From positions 3,332-67,331 of the forward strand of contig CAIKHN010000024.1 of the NCBI GenBank assembly GCA_903827265.1: DNA of 64,000 bases, in the 5' to 3' direction. This document shows positions 27,822 through 36,957 of this stretch, piece after piece. The DNA comes from Candidatus Uhrbacteria bacterium (lineage in GTDB: Bacteria > Patescibacteriota > Patescibacteriia > UBA9934). Each line of letters begins with the position of its first letter. Position 1 is the first letter of the stretch. Below the pieces are notes generated by a model that saw only the letters and a program-made list of their open reading frames with translations, made no database searches and was not told the origin of the DNA. Made by a program: the position numbers and the translations under genes.

Positions 27822-27855
27822 AAAACCGCCACCGAGAATCTCGGTGGCGGTTTTG
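27822..27855. terminator. bidirectional intrinsic terminator
   Basis: aaaaccgccaccga-gaatc-tcggtggcggtttt: 10-bp GC-rich stem flanked by A and T runs, lying between convergent genes. Confidence 0.7.
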
Positions 27856-27859
27856 TATA

Positions 27860-30199
27860 TTATGAGAGAATGTCGAGAATGTCTGTTACTGACGCTTCAA
27901 CGGCGTCCGGATCAAAGTCACTCGTGCTGTTAATATCGTCTCCAAAGTGATAGTTGCTGAAGAACGCATCACTAATGTCGTCGATCTGTTTGTTCCATGT
28001 GCTCCCCCAAATACTCTTTGCAACATCTTCGCTTGCAACCGCACGAAGCTCTCCGTCGGTTCCCACGGCGTACACCGTATTGACCGTCAGGAATTTTACC
28101 ATGCGTGTTCCAGGATGATACGTCACGTTTTTTCCAAGAGTCACTGACGCCATGAATTCGTCCGTAACGACAATCACGTCGTCGAAATTCTCGTACCACG
28201 TGAAGAACACTTTTTCATTTGGGAACGCATGACGCTTTCCGTCGTAGTAATACACGGCATGACATGGGTCGCTCACGTCGGCAACACTTCCACATGCCAT
28301 TTTAATTAGCGTGTTCACCGCTGCTTCAGGAGCAGCATCACGCTCCTCGGTTGTTGTCGTTGCTGCGCTAATGGTGATTGTTACCGATGAACCGCGTGTT
28401 GCGTTTCCCGAAGAGTCAACACAATATGCATTTGCAATCGCGACTCCAGCAGTTGTAAATGTTTGTGTCAGCGAAGCGACGCCGCTTCCAATCGTCATGG
28501 CGCCTTTTGAAACACCGTCCACGTATAACGTACATGACGAAACCGCCACGTTATCTGAAACGTTCGCGTGCAAACTTACCGGAACACCAACGGTAGCATT
28601 TGTTGGAATGAGTCCGGTGACCGTCGGCATCATTACGTCAGTTGTTGTTGTCGACGCGGCACTTACCACAATAGTTACCGTTGAACCTGTTCCCGTATTT
28701 CCTGCAGCATCAACACACGTCACGTATGCAGAATAACTTCCAGCCGATGTAAATGTTCCAGACACTGACGCGGTGCCAGCACTTAACGTCATTGACGACG
28801 TTTTGCTGTCGACGTGCTCTGTGCAGCTCACAACACCAACTGCGTCACTATATGTTGCGGTAAACGTCTTTGCGACGTTCACCGTTGCGGTTAGTGGCGT
28901 AAGTGCGCCAACCGTTGGCGCAGTGGTGTCAGCAGATGACGTTGCGCTCACCGTAAATGAAACCGATGTTTCATCACCCTCATTTGATGCCGGATCAATC
29001 GCGCGGATTGTTGCCGTGTGGCTTCCGACAGAAAGCGCCGTTGCCCAGCTGTATGAATTCACCGCACCAATATCAGTCCACGTTCCACTTGCATCCATTT
29101 CCATTTCGTATGACGCAACATATGTTTCATCGTCCGTCGCATCGTTCCATTTAAACTCTGGCGTCGCGTCTGTTGTCGATGTCTCGCCGCTTGAAAGCGC
29201 AAAGTCACTCACTGCGTTTGGTCCGTACGCGTCATACACGGAGATTGTTCCAGATTCACCCACGGCAACACGTTTTCCAATAGCGAATTGGGTTACGCCG
29301 TTCATAATCTTTGATGCGCCCATCCACTCCGCGGTCCATACGGTTCCGTTGCTTGAAGAAGTTACCACTGCGCCAAGATTTCCCGAGACTAAACACAACG
29401 TCGCCGACGAACAGCTCACGTCTTGAACGGTCTCTGCCGCATCAAAATCCGAAAGAGTGACAGAGCTAAAGGTGCTTCCGTTTGTTGTTTTTACCAGAGT
29501 ACGATTCTCTCCGCCAAAATATGCGACTGTTGCAGAAAAAGCATCAACAGCATGCAGCGTCTCTGACGTTCCCGTCGTTAATGCTGTCCACGATGTTCCA
29601 CCATTTGTGGTCTTGTATGCCGCACCATACTTTCCAACGATGTACACCACCGTTGAGGAGTACGCGTCGAGGCCATTCACATCGAAGCTCCCAATGCCGG
29701 TATTGATACGCGTCCACGTCGTCCCACTGTCGACTGTTTTATAAATTGATCCGTCTTGTCCACCAACAAACATGACCGATGCAGAAACCGCGGTCGCACC
29801 ATACAAATCCTCAGTCGTAACGCCGGTAATACTTGTCCACGTCGCACCACCGTCGGCGCTCACGATAATTGTTCCGGCTTTTCCCACGGCAATCGCGACG
29901 GACGTGCCGTACATATCGACGTGATTCAGCGTCTCTGTTGTTCCAGATGTTGCGGTATTCCACGTTTTCCCGTCGGCCGCATAGAGCACTGTTCCGTTAT
30001 CACCAACCGCGACACACGCCACAGCATGTCCGCAGTCGACATCACGAAGCTCTGTGGTTGTTGGAGAATCGTAAAGCACCCACGCCGCAGCATGGACATT
30101 CACTGCCCACCCTATTGCGGACACCGCACACAATGCAGTCGCACCCAAACGTTTCAAACCGAAAAAGCGTTTAGCAATCATATATTTTGAGTATATCAT
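27860..30199 (-). CDS. large cell-surface protein with Ycf48/BNR-like beta-propeller repeats followed by Ig-like domains
   Basis: Signal peptide, then repeated DGGATW / DSGTTW / NGGTSW Asp-box-like motifs, then Thr/Ser-rich beta domains with conserved Cys pairs (…VSCTEHVD…, …SSCTLYVD…, …AYCVDSSG…). Confidence 0.65.
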   Translation of the reverse strand: MIYSKYMIAKRFFGLKRLGATALCAVSAIGWAVNVHAAAWVLYDSPTTTELRDVDCGHAVACVAVGDNGTVLYAADGKTWNTATSGTTETLNHVDMYGTSVAIAVGKAGTIIVSADGGATWTSITGVTTEDLYGATAVSASVMFVGGQDGSIYKTVDSGTTWTRINTGIGSFDVNGLDAYSSTVVYIVGKYGAAYKTTNGGTSWTALTTGTSETLHAVDAFSATVAYFGGENRTLVKTTNGSTFSSVTLSDFDAAETVQDVSCSSATLCLVSGNLGAVVTSSSNGTVWTAEWMGASKIMNGVTQFAIGKRVAVGESGTISVYDAYGPNAVSDFALSSGETSTTDATPEFKWNDATDDETYVASYEMEMDASGTWTDIGAVNSYSWATALSVGSHTATIRAIDPASNEGDETSVSFTVSATSSADTTAPTVGALTPLTATVNVAKTFTATYSDAVGVVSCTEHVDSKTSSMTLSAGTASVSGTFTSAGSYSAYVTCVDAAGNTGTGSTVTIVVSAASTTTTDVMMPTVTGLIPTNATVGVPVSLHANVSDNVAVSSCTLYVDGVSKGAMTIGSGVASLTQTFTTAGVAIANAYCVDSSGNATRGSSVTITISAATTTTEERDAAPEAAVNTLIKMACGSVADVSDPCHAVYYYDGKRHAFPNEKVFFTWYENFDDVIVVTDEFMASVTLGKNVTYHPGTRMVKFLTVNTVYAVGTDGELRAVASEDVAKSIWGSTWNKQIDDISDAFFSNYHFGDDINSTSDFDPDAVEASVTDILDILS

Positions 30200-30543
30200 T
30201 CGTCGATCTCACGAAGAAACCAACTTGTTAATGTACTCACGGCCCACGTCAAAATGCCAACCATCAGCGCGGGAAGGAATCCGGAAACTGAAACACCCTT
30301 TACAAACGTTGCCATAAACCACACTAACGCACCGTTAATCACAAAGGTAAACAATCCGAGTGTCACGATATTCACCGGTAATGTGAGAATCACGAGAATC
30401 GGACGAATGACCGCGTTCAATAGTCCAAGTACCAATGCCGCAACGAGCGCTGCGTAAAATGTTGAAACATGAAACCCTGCAATGATTTGCGTTGCCGCAA
30501 GGAGCGTCAATGCGTTAATGAACCAGCGGAGAATGAGTTTCAT
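30196..30543 (-). CDS. phage holin 4_2 / DUF360 family membrane protein
   Basis: 115 aa with 4 TM helices. The NAVIRPILVILTLPVNIVTLGLF block is typical of this family. Confidence 0.55.
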   Translation of the reverse strand: MKLILRWFINALTLLAATQIIAGFHVSTFYAALVAALVLGLLNAVIRPILVILTLPVNIVTLGLFTFVINGALVWFMATFVKGVSVSGFLPALMVGILTWAVSTLTSWFLREIDE

Positions 30544-30773
30544 AGGTCTTGAGGGTTATCGAGGTCTGAGAATTTCTTCTTTAAGGTTATCACGGTATTC
30601 TCAACATCGGCGAGCTTCTCCTTTAGTGTCTTTGCAAGCTCGAGTCCGCGCTCGAATTTCTTCACGCCTTCGTCGAGATCAACATTCTGTGTCTCAAACC
30701 ATTCGGTAATGGATTCGAGCTCCTGAAACGCATCGGCAAACGATATTTTTTTTGACATAATTTTTTTGGTCAT
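30540..30773 (-). CDS. xseB: exodeoxyribonuclease VII small subunit
   Basis: 77-aa helical protein (…FEQALEELE-like FADAFQELESITEWFE…) directly downstream of xseA. Confidence 0.8.
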   Translation of the reverse strand: MTKKIMSKKISFADAFQELESITEWFETQNVDLDEGVKKFERGLELAKTLKEKLADVENTVITLKKKFSDLDNPQDL

Positions 30774-30795
30774 CCCCGCGTAGGCGGGGATCCAG

Positions 30796-32073
30796 TTACA
30801 ACAAGCTTTCCTGCACCGCGTTCGTTTCTACTTGGGCACGAATCTCTCCCTCCCCCAATTGTATGGTTAAGTGGCTTCCTGGAGCAACATCACGTGCCGA
30901 ACGAAGAATTTTTCCCGCAGATCGCACCACCGCGTAACCTCGTTTTAATACTTCGCGTGGATCGATACTCTTTAACACACGTTCAAGCTCCATCACCGCT
31001 CGCGATCGTTCATCGAGAGCAACCTTCATTCGGCTATCAATCATCTGCACTCGACGATCGATATGCTCAACCGTCGCAACGAGGCTTAAGCGGAATCGTT
31101 CGAATGCATAGCCGAATCTACGCGTCACATCTGACATCGACTGCAACAACCGCGCGAGTGACCGATCAAAAATACTCAGCGCACGATCGATTGCATGCGA
31201 TCGATTATCGATTTCGTACTGCAGTCTATCCCCAATCCTTTCTGCGCTCATCGCAACGTTCGTCACCATTTCGCGCCTGTCCGGAACCACGCGCTCTGCA
31301 GCGTTGCTCGGCGTGGAGGCGCGAACATCGGCAACAAAATCGCATAATGATTCGTCACGTTCGTGACCAACGCCCACTACTACTGGAATCGCGCTCTGAA
31401 AGACTGCACGCACCACAGCCTCGCTATTAAACGCGTGAAGATCCTCAAGACTTCCTCCTCCACGAGTCAACACAATAACTTCCGGCCTGTTCTCAATCGG
31501 CAAAGCATTCAGCTGCGCAAACGCGCCGAGGATCTCTTGCACCGCATCTTTGCCCTGCACGGTTACTGGAGTATGCATTACCGTCACACCGCTCCACCGA
31601 TTTCGAAGAATACGTAGAAAATCGCCGTACGCCGCAGCCTCACCAGATGTGATGAGCCCGATACGTTCGGGAAATCGCGGGATCTGTCGTTTGCGCGCAA
31701 CATCGAACATTCCTTCAACTCGCAATTTCTCTTTTAGTGCGAGATACGCTTTTTGCAACGCGCCTTCACCCACCAATTCAATTGCCGTCACATTTAACGT
31801 AAATTTTCCAAACCGTTCGAACACTTTACTCGTTCCTGTTACGTGCACTCGCATACCGCTTTGCAACGGAACGTTCAAAGCAAACACTGTCATGAAACAG
31901 GAAATCTTCGCTTCCGCTTTCTCATCTTTCAAATCGAAATTCACCCATTTTCCTTGACTCACCTTAAACTCAACCACCTCGCCTTCAATCACCATTCCCT
32001 CGCGAGGAATGGTCCGAAGGGCGTGATTCACGAGCCCAAGATAGTCAGAGACGGAAATGATGGCGGGAGACAT
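30796..32073 (-). CDS. xseA: exodeoxyribonuclease VII large subunit
   Basis: N-terminal OB fold (SVSDYLGLVNHALRT…VIEGEVVEFKVSQGKWVNFDLKDE) plus a catalytic domain. Start taken at the internal ATG at 32073; the track start 32133 would run into repeat A1. Confidence 0.8.
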   Translation of the reverse strand: MSPAIISVSDYLGLVNHALRTIPREGMVIEGEVVEFKVSQGKWVNFDLKDEKAEAKISCFMTVFALNVPLQSGMRVHVTGTSKVFERFGKFTLNVTAIELVGEGALQKAYLALKEKLRVEGMFDVARKRQIPRFPERIGLITSGEAAAYGDFLRILRNRWSGVTVMHTPVTVQGKDAVQEILGAFAQLNALPIENRPEVIVLTRGGGSLEDLHAFNSEAVVRAVFQSAIPVVVGVGHERDESLCDFVADVRASTPSNAAERVVPDRREMVTNVAMSAERIGDRLQYEIDNRSHAIDRALSIFDRSLARLLQSMSDVTRRFGYAFERFRLSLVATVEHIDRRVQMIDSRMKVALDERSRAVMELERVLKSIDPREVLKRGYAVVRSAGKILRSARDVAPGSHLTIQLGEGEIRAQVETNAVQESLL

Positions 32074-32091
32074 AAAGATTACATTGACATC

Positions 32092-32226
32092 GAGAGCTGG
32101 TGACTCGGGTACATGTTTCTTCACTCGCCGCAACGATCGTCACGCCCGACGTCTCGCTCTGCTCGACTGTGGCTGGACGACTGTGCGGTTCGTTGCGAAA
32201 CATGCACCCTCATCACTGGCGCTCTC
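32092..32226. repeat. palindromic intergenic repeat, family A copy 1 (REPIN/MITE-like, about 135 nt)
   Basis: Arms gagagc-tgg-gtga-ctc-gggtacatgtttc … gaaacatgcaccc-tca-tcac-tggc-gctctc. It is homologous in inverted orientation to the copies at 34648 and 39652. Confidence 0.75.
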
Positions 32227-32229
32227 AAT

Positions 32230-33087
32230 TTATTTCTTCTCAAGAACAAGGATGCGTTTTATACCGTGAACAGGATCGCCGTCGTTCCAATCACCAAGCG
32301 CGTTCATAACAACGGCGTATTTGTACGTGTAATTCTCTCCACGTCGTGTACCCGGATCATTCGCAATAAAATTCTCGGTGTCATACCCGCGAATAACAAA
32401 GAGGTGATACAGCGGACCGTCGCCGCTATAAAATGGGTTTCCCAATTCCTGACCTGCAGCAAGAGCAACGACCGGTGTTCCGGCATTGATGTACGCCTTT
32501 ATTTGATCGACGGTTGGATTGTCGACGACGGTTACAGTCATTGTTCCGAAATACGACTCGGCAAATTCCCCAAGTTCTGCAGCGGTCAAACTCGGTTTAA
32601 GACCCGCTTTCGTTTCTTTATCTACCATGTCGAGCAACACCAAATCGGCAGTTTTTGGATCGATCACGCCACTCACGCCAGCGTAATATTGTGCAACCAT
32701 GTACACCGAGGCTTCCTCGCATGTGTCCTCGTGAATAACGTCCCAATTTGCGTACGGTGCTTGCGATGTAAATGGTACGGCGAGATTTTTTGATGTTGGG
32801 GGCGGTGTCTGTATAACCTCCAACGCAACTTTTGCGATAGCGGAAAGATCAGGTGACGGAGGCGTCGCTGTTACCGGTTCCGGCGTCACTTCCTGTTGCT
32901 TCACTAATTCGTTATACGTCACCGATGGAACGGTCGACGTTGGCACAACGGGGCCGCCGTGAAGACGCTCGTACGCGTACAGCCCAACACTGACAACCGC
33001 GACAACACCGAACAGATAGCCGTACCACGGCTTCCATGGCCGCTGCTTTCCGTCGAATGGATTTTTGAGTAATCGATTCATGATCAT
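32230..33087 (-). CDS. C39-like cysteine peptidase domain protein, membrane-anchored
   Basis: N-terminal TM helix, Pro/Thr-rich linker, then a block VPFTSQAPYANWDV…CEEASVYMV resembling the Peptidase_C39_2 catalytic Cys region. Confidence 0.45.
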   Translation of the reverse strand: MIMNRLLKNPFDGKQRPWKPWYGYLFGVVAVVSVGLYAYERLHGGPVVPTSTVPSVTYNELVKQQEVTPEPVTATPPSPDLSAIAKVALEVIQTPPPTSKNLAVPFTSQAPYANWDVIHEDTCEEASVYMVAQYYAGVSGVIDPKTADLVLLDMVDKETKAGLKPSLTAAELGEFAESYFGTMTVTVVDNPTVDQIKAYINAGTPVVALAAGQELGNPFYSGDGPLYHLFVIRGYDTENFIANDPGTRRGENYTYKYAVVMNALGDWNDGDPVHGIKRILVLEKK

Positions 33088-33095
33088 AAAGGTTT

Positions 33096-33221
33096 GAGAA
33101 CGCTCTAATTTTAGGCTAGTTTCGATGAACGTCGAGCAAAGTTTCCGAGGTGTACTTCTCGGTACATCGAGGAAATTTGCGATGATGTGAGTCGAAAATA
33201 GACAAAATTAGAGCGTTCTCT
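33096..33221. repeat. palindromic repeat, family B copy 1 (126 nt, perfect 17-bp terminal inverted repeats)
   Basis: Left end gagaacgctctaatttt and right end aaaattagagcgttctc are exact reverse complements. The interior is homologous to 52733-52850. Confidence 0.7.
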
Positions 33222-34596
33222 GTTTTGCCCACTGGCGAACAACCCACGTCGCCCGCACATCATCCTCGTTGTAGCGCAACACGTCATTGAGCATTTCACG
33301 GTTCCCTGTTCGCAACCAATCTTCGTACCACAGCACCGAATTCAATCCCGATGCGTCGTCATGTCGCCAACGGAATCCTAAAAACTGCGCAATGTCTTTC
33401 AAAGAATAGAACGACAATGGGAAAATCACCGCTTCACGCAAGCGCTCAAGAACGTCAACGGATCGCTCGGCGAGATCGTCGACGAATCCTTCTGGCGCGC
33501 CATGACGCTGTGCCATTAATCGGAATACATCCTGTTCGTACCATCCATAGTGGTACACCGGAATGCCCGGACGCGACTCCATGAATGCGACAAAGGCGTC
33601 CCATGCTGCTTTTTCCTCGTCCTCTTTCTCTGCGAGGAAGGTATAAAACTCGTCACCTTGCGCATGAACATCGAGTACGCCAAAGAGGTAATGCAAATCA
33701 CGAAGCGGATCAGCTTCAATATCGACGACGAGCGCGTCGTCTGTTTTTGGAAAGTCGATCTTCCCGAGAACGACAGGCTTACCGTCGATCAGCGCCTTTG
33801 CCCCAAGAATAAGAAATTGCAAACGCTCTTGCGAAATACCTGGAACGCCACGCGCTAAAAGATCGGCATTCCGCGTAGAGAGTTCCGCGACCGTCATGAT
33901 GCCTGCGTCATTGAGCGCAGTCACCTCGCTTCGCCAAATGCGATTCATGCGCGAGAGATGGTCAGCAGCAAGCGTTTCTTTTTTACATTCATCAAACCAC
34001 GGCGACTGTTTGCAATCAGACGTCAGGAAATGCGGCTCGCGGATGCCTTCAAGGATGCGCTCAATGCCGTCGAGCGTCAGTCGGAACTTCGTTTGATATT
34101 CCTCAAGAACATACGCCTCGACCGTTCCGTCTGGCCGCATGATGTACCCTTGTTTTGGTTTCATGCCTTGAATACCGCGAAGAACCTCGGCGTAAAACGC
34201 GCCTTGTACGCAATATTCGTCCTTTAAATGACGAGAACGTTTAATGTCGCACGCAACATAATAATACTCACCGAAGTTCGATTTTCCAGAAACACGCTCA
34301 AACAAATCAGGCTTCGCAACCCAATGACCGTGAATAAGAACGCCGCCATAAATGGATTGCGCACCTTGCTTCATCAATTCAAGCGTTTTCGCAAAAGCGG
34401 CATCTTCCGTCTCCGCCGAAACTTCGATCGATTTTCGTGTAACCAAAATTGCGCGCTCTTGCTCCTGAATCAAGGCGTCGTCCTGTACTCGCGCACGCAT
34501 CGGGTCGTCCCGGTGCGGCAACGTCGCGTCAAACCAGATCCACGATGGACATTTGAGATACCGATAAAAGCTCTGTTTGGTAATGCGTTTGGACAT
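33208..34596 (-). CDS. RecB-family nuclease, TM0106-like (PD-(D/E)xK N-domain plus RNase-H-like C-domain), putative
   Basis: A Y..CDIKRSRHLKDEY block (PD-ExK-like) and a C-terminal VVDIEADP…YLFGV… block (exonuclease-like). Start taken at MSKRITK (34596); the upstream extension is repeat-derived. Confidence 0.45.
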   Translation of the reverse strand: MSKRITKQSFYRYLKCPSWIWFDATLPHRDDPMRARVQDDALIQEQERAILVTRKSIEVSAETEDAAFAKTLELMKQGAQSIYGGVLIHGHWVAKPDLFERVSGKSNFGEYYYVACDIKRSRHLKDEYCVQGAFYAEVLRGIQGMKPKQGYIMRPDGTVEAYVLEEYQTKFRLTLDGIERILEGIREPHFLTSDCKQSPWFDECKKETLAADHLSRMNRIWRSEVTALNDAGIMTVAELSTRNADLLARGVPGISQERLQFLILGAKALIDGKPVVLGKIDFPKTDDALVVDIEADPLRDLHYLFGVLDVHAQGDEFYTFLAEKEDEEKAAWDAFVAFMESRPGIPVYHYGWYEQDVFRLMAQRHGAPEGFVDDLAERSVDVLERLREAVIFPLSFYSLKDIAQFLGFRWRHDDASGLNSVLWYEDWLRTGNREMLNDVLRYNEDDVRATWVVRQWAKQRTL

Positions 34597-34647
34597 AAAA
34601 ACAGTGTACAGGACTATGACGCGAAGGTGAATGCACACCAGGTATCG

Positions 34648-34781
34648 GGAGCGCCAGTGACAAGGGTGCATGTTTCGCAACGAGCAATGCACCCATCCAG
34701 CCGCAGTTGAGCAAAGCGAAACGTTGCGGCGTGATGGTGTTCACGCACAGTGAAGAAACATGTACCCGAGTCACAAGCTCC
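34648..34781. repeat. family A repeat copy 2
   Basis: Nested stems ggagc/gctcc, gtgac/gtcac and gggtgcatgtttc/gaaacatgtaccc (with G·U), plus an inner stem gccgcag…ttgcggc. Confidence 0.75.
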
Positions 34782-34822
34782 GATAAAACAAAAGGCGAGG
34801 CACAGTGGCCTCGCCTATGTTT

Positions 34823-35455
34823 TTATTTCACGTCCTCCACTGTTACTTTCGTCATAATCTGTTCCGCAAGCGGACGATCGCGACCGTCGGTATCTGTTGC
34901 TGCAATAGCATCTACAACGTCCATGCCCGAAGTAACTTCGCCGAAGATACTGTAGTTATGCGGCAACGCGTTGTCTTTGTGCATAATAAAGAACTGACTG
35001 CCGTTCGTGTTCTTTCCTGCGTTCGCCATTGCCACCGTTCCGCGAGCGTAGGTATGGCTATCGTTCAACTCGTCCTCGAATTTGTATCCAGGCCCACCGG
35101 ATCCTGTCCCTGTTGGATCGCCGCCTTGAATCATGAATCCTTCAATGACGCGATGAAAAATCAACCCATCGTAATATCCGTTGCTCGCCAAGTATACAAA
35201 GTTCGATACAGTCTTTGGCGCAGTATCGTCATACAACTTGAACACGATATCGCCCTCCGATGTCGTCAACCGAATCTGCTTGTTATGAATCTGCTCTGCC
35301 GGCAACACTCCAGGAAATGCCCATGTCTGTTTTTCCACAATCGGCGTTGATGAAGAATCTTTTGCGACAGGAGTTGTACCCGATGTGGACGACGTTGTGC
35401 AACCCGCGCCCATCAACAACAAAAACCCAGCGGTGATGATCAGTGTATTTTTCAC
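34823..35455 (-). CDS. peptidyl-prolyl cis-trans isomerase, cyclophilin type (exported/lipoprotein)
   Basis: Cyclophilin core FHRVIEGFMIQGGDPTGTGSGG, plus a signal peptide with lipobox-like GAGC. Confidence 0.85.
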   Translation of the reverse strand: MKNTLIITAGFLLLMGAGCTTSSTSGTTPVAKDSSSTPIVEKQTWAFPGVLPAEQIHNKQIRLTTSEGDIVFKLYDDTAPKTVSNFVYLASNGYYDGLIFHRVIEGFMIQGGDPTGTGSGGPGYKFEDELNDSHTYARGTVAMANAGKNTNGSQFFIMHKDNALPHNYSIFGEVTSGMDVVDAIAATDTDGRDRPLAEQIMTKVTVEDVK

Positions 35456-35459
35456 AGTG

Positions 35460-35729
35460 TTACTTTAATTGCGATGTTAAGGTTTGGACCTTCGCCTGCT
35501 GAATACGAAGTGCGTAAACCGAAGTAAACAAGACAGCAGAAAGCGAGAATACAAGTACAAGGAGCAATGCCATCAGCTCCATACTCCCTGCAGGAAGTGC
35601 GTTGCAGCTTTGGCAGAGATTATGATGACGCGCCGGCGAAACCACCGGAACAACGTGTGACGACTGCGAAAACGAGCGAGCACGTCGGGGAGTTGGTGTC
35701 GATTTTTTTGTTGAAGCGCGTGTTGCCAT
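35460..35729 (-). CDS. small membrane protein, hypothetical
   Basis: Basic N-terminus and a single TM helix. Confidence 0.3.
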   Translation of the reverse strand: MATRASTKKSTPTPRRARSFSQSSHVVPVVSPARHHNLCQSCNALPAGSMELMALLLVLVFSLSAVLFTSVYALRIQQAKVQTLTSQLK

Positions 35730-35759
35730 AGGAAAAATGTTGATGATAGCAAAAGTATA

Positions 35760-36509
35760 TCACTCTTGTGGTTGCAATTCTTCCCCATCTGCACACCCAA
35801 GATCGTCTTCTGCGATATTCCATTCCGCAACCGCAGTCATCGTGACGAGTGTTGCGACGTCGTCAACCGGAACAGAAAGCACAAATGATGTCGATGAAAA
35901 TTCCTGACGATTTCCTGCGCCAAACTTTCCTCCACAACCACCGCGTTCGCTCACGCCTTCCAATTGCACCGGAACACCGTCAGGCAATGTATACGCAACA
36001 CGAATCGCGTATCCTCTTGTCCCTTGCGGTGCTTTTGCACGCAACGAATCGAACGCGGTCAGCATCGTTGGCGCAACAACATTCGGAGTAATCCCGAGCG
36101 CAAAGTCGCCGAGCGTCGTTGCCTGTACGGCGAGAACATCGTTTGTATCTGCAACCACGTCGTACAATCGTTCCCACATGCCCAACGATGCATCGAACCA
36201 GTACACCGCCGCTGCATTCAATGTTCCTGCGGTTGCCGATCGCTCAAACGAAAGAATAATCGGCGCATCGTGTTGCACATTGGTTGGCGACACGTGATAC
36301 ACGTGGCTCACCAACGGTGTCGCAACCGTCGCGGCGTCATCAACCGTCACCGCAAAATCGTTCGCTGTGCGCGAAAGGCCAGTAATCGTTACTACGCCAT
36401 CGCTACTCTTCACCTCCCTCGCTTCTGGTTCCTTTGCCACAATAAACCACACCGTCATTCCTAAAACGACCACCGCAAATACCCCAAAAATTCCTCGAAT
36501 TGATTTCAT
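35760..36509 (-). CDS. hypothetical exported protein
   Basis: N-terminal signal/TM segment; no family recognised. Confidence 0.4.
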   Translation of the reverse strand: MKSIRGIFGVFAVVVLGMTVWFIVAKEPEAREVKSSDGVVTITGLSRTANDFAVTVDDAATVATPLVSHVYHVSPTNVQHDAPIILSFERSATAGTLNAAAVYWFDASLGMWERLYDVVADTNDVLAVQATTLGDFALGITPNVVAPTMLTAFDSLRAKAPQGTRGYAIRVAYTLPDGVPVQLEGVSERGGCGGKFGAGNRQEFSSTSFVLSVPVDDVATLVTMTAVAEWNIAEDDLGCADGEELQPQE

Positions 36510-36570
36510 GATGTCATTATACCGAACTTTCTTCGGTTGAAGGTATTATCGAGGAACCAGCAACGGCTCC

Positions 36571-36948
36571 TCAGCACATCGACCACAATTGCCAGAGTTG
36601 CAAACGGAAAATAGTCCAAAGAATCACCAAACCAAAAATGGCATTAATGACTGCGCGGAATTTGATTCGTTTTTCATCCTGAGCCGTAGAGAACTCAAAA
36701 CCAAAAGCTGATTTCTCTCGCTTTCGCCTTTCCGCGAAACCATGTCTCCAATCGCTCCAAGAAAAAAAGAAAAGCGTTAAGAAGATCAACGCCAGATCGA
36801 TGAACATAAAGCGAAACGCAAAGCACGAGTACCCGTGATCTACCAAGAACGCCACAAAGAAACCAGACCCGATAAGACACAAGAGCCAGATTTGCAGGAA
36901 GCGTTTCTGAGAATCACCATCACGAGACATATAGAACCATGATACCAA
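36571..36948 (-). CDS. hypothetical membrane protein
   Basis: Three or four predicted TM helices. Confidence 0.35.
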   Translation of the reverse strand: MVSWFYMSRDGDSQKRFLQIWLLCLIGSGFFVAFLVDHGYSCFAFRFMFIDLALIFLTLFFFSWSDWRHGFAERRKREKSAFGFEFSTAQDEKRIKFRAVINAIFGLVILWTIFRLQLWQLWSMC

Positions 36949-36957
36949 AATTCTATT

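Noticed and set aside
32057-32309. ORFs 32057..32269 and 32100..32309, and likewise 34529..34774, 39588..39803, 33111..33299 and 52684..53094, which share peptide segments
   Set aside because: The shared peptides arise because they translate copies of the family A and B DNA repeats. There are no starts with an RBS, and the reading frames are inconsistent between copies.
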